The notes under the pieces are model-generated. The model was not told where the DNA came from. It searched no databases and worked only from the letters and a program-made list of their open reading frames with translations. This document shows, piece after piece, positions 41,679 to 46,418 of a stretch of DNA of 46,418 bases. Position 1 is the first letter of the stretch; each line of letters opens with the position of its first letter. The position numbers and the translations under genes are program-made. The stretch comes from Histomonas meleagridis 2922-C6/04-290x (taxonomy: Eukaryota; Protista; Parabasalia), in assembly GCA_020184695.1 (NCBI GenBank), contig JAANOX010000206.1, positions 1 to 46,418 of the forward strand, written 5' to 3'.

Positions 41679-44600
41679 ATGGATGAAGCAAAAAAGGAAA
41701 TCAAACAATTATTAACAGATCCAGATTTTTCATCATTTAAAGAATTTAATAATTATCAAGTATCAAATGCACAGTTTTCAAGGTGTACAGTAAATGGTCA
41801 AGATATGTGTCCCATATATTTCCATTGCAAAAATTGTTGTAAAACAGATCGCTCAATATATTGCCTTTATTGCTTTGACAAAGACGAACACATTGGCCAT
41901 AAGGTAACGATTTTTTACGGCAATTTGGCAGTATGTGATTGCGGTGATCCAAACGCAATAAATCGCGAAAATTGGTGCGAAAAACACCGAACGCCGCTTG
42001 AGCCGGCGGAAGTGTCCGAGAGTTATCTCGTCAACTTCAAAGCGGCGATAAGTCGAATTTTCGAATTGTTATCATCGAACGAGTGCAAAGAGCCGCAAAA
42101 CTTCCACAGGATTTACAAAGTTTTGAGTTATACGTTTCAATGGGGTACATTTTATTTAGAAATCATTTCGCAAATTTTATTTGAAGGAAATCCGCCAAAT
42201 TTTTTTAAGATTTTGAAAAACATCGATCCAATTGATGACGATTTGATACAGCAATTTAATTCGATGTGTTATTCTGTTATTACTTCCAAGAAATTTGTCG
42301 ACGGATATATTTCCAACTTTACATCTCTTTTAGATTTCTACGAACCATTTCTACTTAACTACACATCGCTAAGTAATATATTTACAGAAGCAATTGGACT
42401 TTCATCGCAATGTATTTCATACAAAAAGAATATTCTCGAGTCAGAAAAGAAGCATCAAATCATTGGTCATTCATTTAAATTGCTGTATAATTACATCTCA
42501 CATTACTCCATCGTTAATGATAATTCTGAAGTTACATTCCATTTTTCGGGCACCCCAAATTTCATCTGGCAGTTGTTCGTTGACATCGAGAAACTTTTTG
42601 AGTATCCGATAATTTTTTTGAGAGCACTTAACGACGTGAATTCAACTGCCATTACAGAAATAATTAAATTCATTTCAATGAGACAAATTGTGAACGTAAT
42701 CAAACGTAAAGAAGGTGAACATGAGCTCTATCAAACGGATAATTATTATAAACGGAACTTCATCTATTTATGTGTCTATGAGTTAATACCAATCATTTCA
42801 CAATGCATATCGTTAATTTCTACTGAATTTCCAAAGGACCAAACGTTCCCCAAAGCCATCTATTATGAATCGAGTTTAAATTTGAATGAAAATAATTTCA
42901 AAATCATTGACAAAATATTCGAAGAATTATTTTCTAAGGCAATAAAACTTCGAATCGAAAATATCAATGAAATGTCATCTGAAATATTCAAACAAAATTT
43001 GATAATATTAAATCCTTATAACGAATTTTTCCCTATCTCTGATCCACTTATTGACTTTAGTATTAATACGTTAATATGTTTCTCATTACATAATAACATT
43101 GATCCGAATTATCTCCTGAAACGAATTGGGTTTAATGATATTGATGAATTAACAGCATATGTAATGTCTTCTGTTTCAGGCAATTGTTTAATCCAAAATA
43201 ACTTCTTCGCTTCAAATGATGAATCAATTACAGACATCGCAAAAGACTTCGAATATCATTACGAATATATAACAACGATACAAATATGTTTACAATGTTG
43301 TGAAGATACAAATAAAATAATTTCAATAATTGCTGAAGAATTTGGTATTAATTATTGGGATAAAAATACAGCAACTGATTTAGTCGAATGTGAGAAATGG
43401 ACAAATTTAATGACATTGTTATGTCGGTTCTTAATAATCATTGCGTGCGACACAACGTTCTCTGGTTATCATTTCAAGAAGGAATCATTACGAAAAGCGA
43501 TAATTCAATATATATATTCCGGTGTTAATACAAGAGAACAATTAATTATTGAGTTAAATAAGTTTAAAGTCGATAATGATACTCTCGACGAAACATTTTT
43601 GGAAGTAGCTGACCCTCAACAAATAGATAAAGGTATTAAATTGGTATTAAAACCTGAATGCTTAAATGAGGCAAATGTATTTTTATATATTTCATCAAGT
43701 AATTTCTATAATAAAATTAATGAACATAAAGAAAAGTTATTAACGATTCCTAAATTGGAATTATTACCTGATCCAATGAATAGAATCAGAGATTTCCTTA
43801 AGTCCAAAGTATTAATTAAATTAATGGAAAAATTATTAAACGCAAATCCTTCAAAAACTTCATATACATTAAAACGTACTATTTTCGCATTATATCGATT
43901 AATATTATATACTTTTCCCAATGAAACCGAAAATAAACTTATGAAAATCACCGATTTGTTAATTTCGAATATTTTATCATTAGAAAATGGCATTAAATTG
44001 TTAAATAATTTCGTGAATGAATCATCTGAAGTTTCTTCAATGATTTCGAATTATGTAAAATCAAAAATCGAAATTGATGAATCGAATAAGCCAAAGCCTA
44101 AGCGAATAGATCGCTCAGCGATTTTAGCCAAGTTCCAAAAACAATTAAATGCTTTTGCAGATGCAAATTCTAATGAATTAGCAACTTTCGATTCTGCTTC
44201 ACCTAATTCATTTACTTGCGCTTTTTGTAGTGAATCATTTAATGATAATGAAGAGCCTTATGGTATTATTTCTACAATATATCGAACAGGAATCCTTTCG
44301 AAAATCGAACAAATCATTGCACATGATTCCATTCCACGTTATCCGATTACTTGTAGAGTTCAAACTTGTGGTCATTGGGCTCATATTAAATGTTTTAACT
44401 CCGGTAATGAAAACGTTGTATATCTTTTGGCATTAAATGAAAGTATAAAACAATGTCCAATGGATAGAACTACTTGTAATACTATAATACCTGTGTTCGA
44501 AAATTTAAATACACAAATTGAACAAGAAATAGAAAGAATTTCTAGTGAAATTATTTCATTATGTGGAGTTTCTATTGCTCAAACAGTTGCATATAATATT

Positions 44601-45526
44601 GCTTTACTTGAAGTATTAAATAGAACTGAACCTAAATGTATCGATGATAAGAAGATGATTCTTGCTTTAATCCATTTGATTAGGATCGCTTTCAGTGTTA
44701 AAGATAATAATGTTTCTGATACTAGTGATCCTTTTGCTTTATTTGCTATTGATTTCTTTTAATAGTGCAAATTTAAGTGATAATGAAGAAATATTTCATG
44801 ATTAAGAAATATTGGAAGATATTGGCTATGTCAGTAGCTCCTCATGATAAAGATATACATAAGTCATTATTCGAAGTGTTTATAAGACGCGTTGAGTTAT
44901 TACATCAAATGGCATCAAACCCGAACGATACAATTTCAATACCTTCAGTTGAGGAGTTTACAGAAAAGTACGAGCTGATGCCTTTCCAAAAAATGATCGA
45001 AGATTCAAAAGCAGAAATCACAGATATAGCATTTTTATCGCCATGTGTGAAGTTTGAGTTTACTACATTATGTGAGAATTTTGTTGATTTCTTTTATAAT
45101 GAAAATTTAGGAAAATATTTGAAAACCGAAAAAGTGACACTTGCGAAATGTTTGTTTTGTGGAAAAATTTGTTATAAAAGTTTTGGACTTATAAATCAAA
45201 TAGGTTTGGATGATACAATAGATCACTGTATGAAATGTACAGAAATGACAGTTACACCATTTTTGATGTTAACTGGCAATATGGCATCAACTGTTCAATT
45301 GGTGGATTGCGATTTTGGTAGAGAACATTATAATTTTGGACCTGTTTATTTCGATCAGTTTGGGTGATAGTGATATCGGATTTGCAAAAGGCAGTATTTT
45401 AAAAGTTAAATAAAACAAGGGTTACAAGATTAATAGAAATGATGCTCAGCGGGGGAATATAGAAGAATGTTTGGATCAACAAATACATTACAAGAAATTA
45501 TAGAAAGAATAAATGATTTGATTTAA
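41679..45526 (+). CDS. UBR-box / RING E3 ubiquitin ligase (N-recognin, UBR1-like), C-terminus split by +1 frameshifts
   Basis: UBR box (CKNCCKTDRSIYCLYCFDKDEHIGH...CDCGD), RING (CAFC...CGHWAHIKC...CPMDR), C-terminal YFDQFGDSDIGFAKGS motif. Frame breaks at about 44760, 44810, 45363, 45404 and 45452. Confidence 0.8.
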
Positions 45527-45855
45527 ATAATAATTATAAATAAAATATATTTTGTATTAATCATTGAAATATGAACTTATTTTTTCTTTTTCATTCAGTA
45601 AATTCCGTAATCTAATAAAATTAGAAATGTTTATGGCATAAATGATTTTCAGTGTATTTTTTTTTAGCAATTGGAAATTAAGAATCAATAATATAATCGA
45701 ATTATAATTTATAAATTTTAATATATGATAACAATTTATTTACAACAATTAATCATTTAGCAAGCTCACTCTGAAGTGATACTATTTCCCTCTTCAGTGA
45801 CACAAGTTCTTTCTTTACGTCGAATGAACTATCAGACACATTAGTTGACGAATTC

Positions 45856-46392
45856 TTATTCTTTGATATTAATCTGACATGCAATCGTTGCCAACATTAA
45901 TGGTCTTAATATATAAGAAGAATTTGACATTCCTGATATATCTTCTGATGAATAAAATGACGAACTTTTGACTTTTGTTGGTGTTGACACATCTGAATCA
46001 TACATTACCGAACTACTTAAATGTTTGTATCTTTCCAATGTTGACATTAACTTTGCATTTTCTTCTTCAAGTCTTGAAATATCTTTGGATGATTGTTGTA
46101 ACTTTTTTAATAATCGATTGTTTTCATCTAATGCGTTTGAAAATTTTGTTTCAATATCTTTGGTCTTTTGATCCGTTTTATAAATAGTGTTTTGTGTTTG
46201 TTGGTTAGTAATGTTATTTTGTATTTCTGTTAAAATACGCTTTTGATTCCGTTTTTGTGCTTTAAGTTTTGATTTAAGTTCTTGAATTTGTTTATTGGAA
46301 GATTCTGTTTCATGTTTGTGTCTATTGATTTGTTCTTTAAGTTCTTTATTTTCTTTTTTGATTTGATGGTGATTTGAAAGTTTCTTTTTCAA
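45856..46392 (-). CDS. Coiled-coil protein, probably the C-terminal part of a gene extending beyond the window
   Basis: K/E/Q-rich heptads; no ATG start within the open frame. Confidence 0.45.
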   Translation of the reverse strand: MKKKLSNHHQIKKENKELKEQINRHKHETESSNKQIQELKSKLKAQKRNQKRILTEIQNNITNQQTQNTIYKTDQKTKDIETKFSNALDENNRLLKKLQQSSKDISRLEEENAKLMSTLERYKHLSSSVMYDSDVSTPTKVKSSSFYSSEDISGMSNSSYILRPLMLATIACQINIKE

Positions 46393-46418
46393 AAGTTGGC
46401 TATTTCAATTATGGATTG

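Overview
AT-rich eukaryotic DNA from a parabasalid (trichomonad). The genus is probably Tritrichomonas; this is inferred from the DUF3447-ankyrin expansion, the TCA(C/T)T initiators, and the AAAGTGAC and CCTTT promoter motifs. Housekeeping genes (PGM/PMM, a rhamnose epimerase-reductase fusion, ATG3, RPL35, a SYP7-like SNARE, an Sfi1-like protein, DIS3, a U-box-vWA-Vint protein, a UBR-type E3) are interleaved with mobile DNA: a decayed Polinton/PLV-like remnant with a GC-rich 77-nt perfect palindrome, a Tc1 element, and a P-like transposase remnant. The standout is four DUF3447-ankyrin loci. In each, every 93-nt ankyrin block is followed by a 77-nt AT-rich spacer, giving an exact 170-nt period (29 spacers in total). 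Each spacer moves the next, stop-free ankyrin block into the -1 frame. The spacers lack usable GT-AG ends, and some contain stops that block simple frameshifting. This looks like an undescribed class of fixed-length non-canonical intron (or another excision/bypass mechanism) punctuating a diversified ankyrin binder repertoire. No expression data are available here, so the mechanism is an inference. Several genes carry +1 homopolymer frameshifts that look like sequencing errors.
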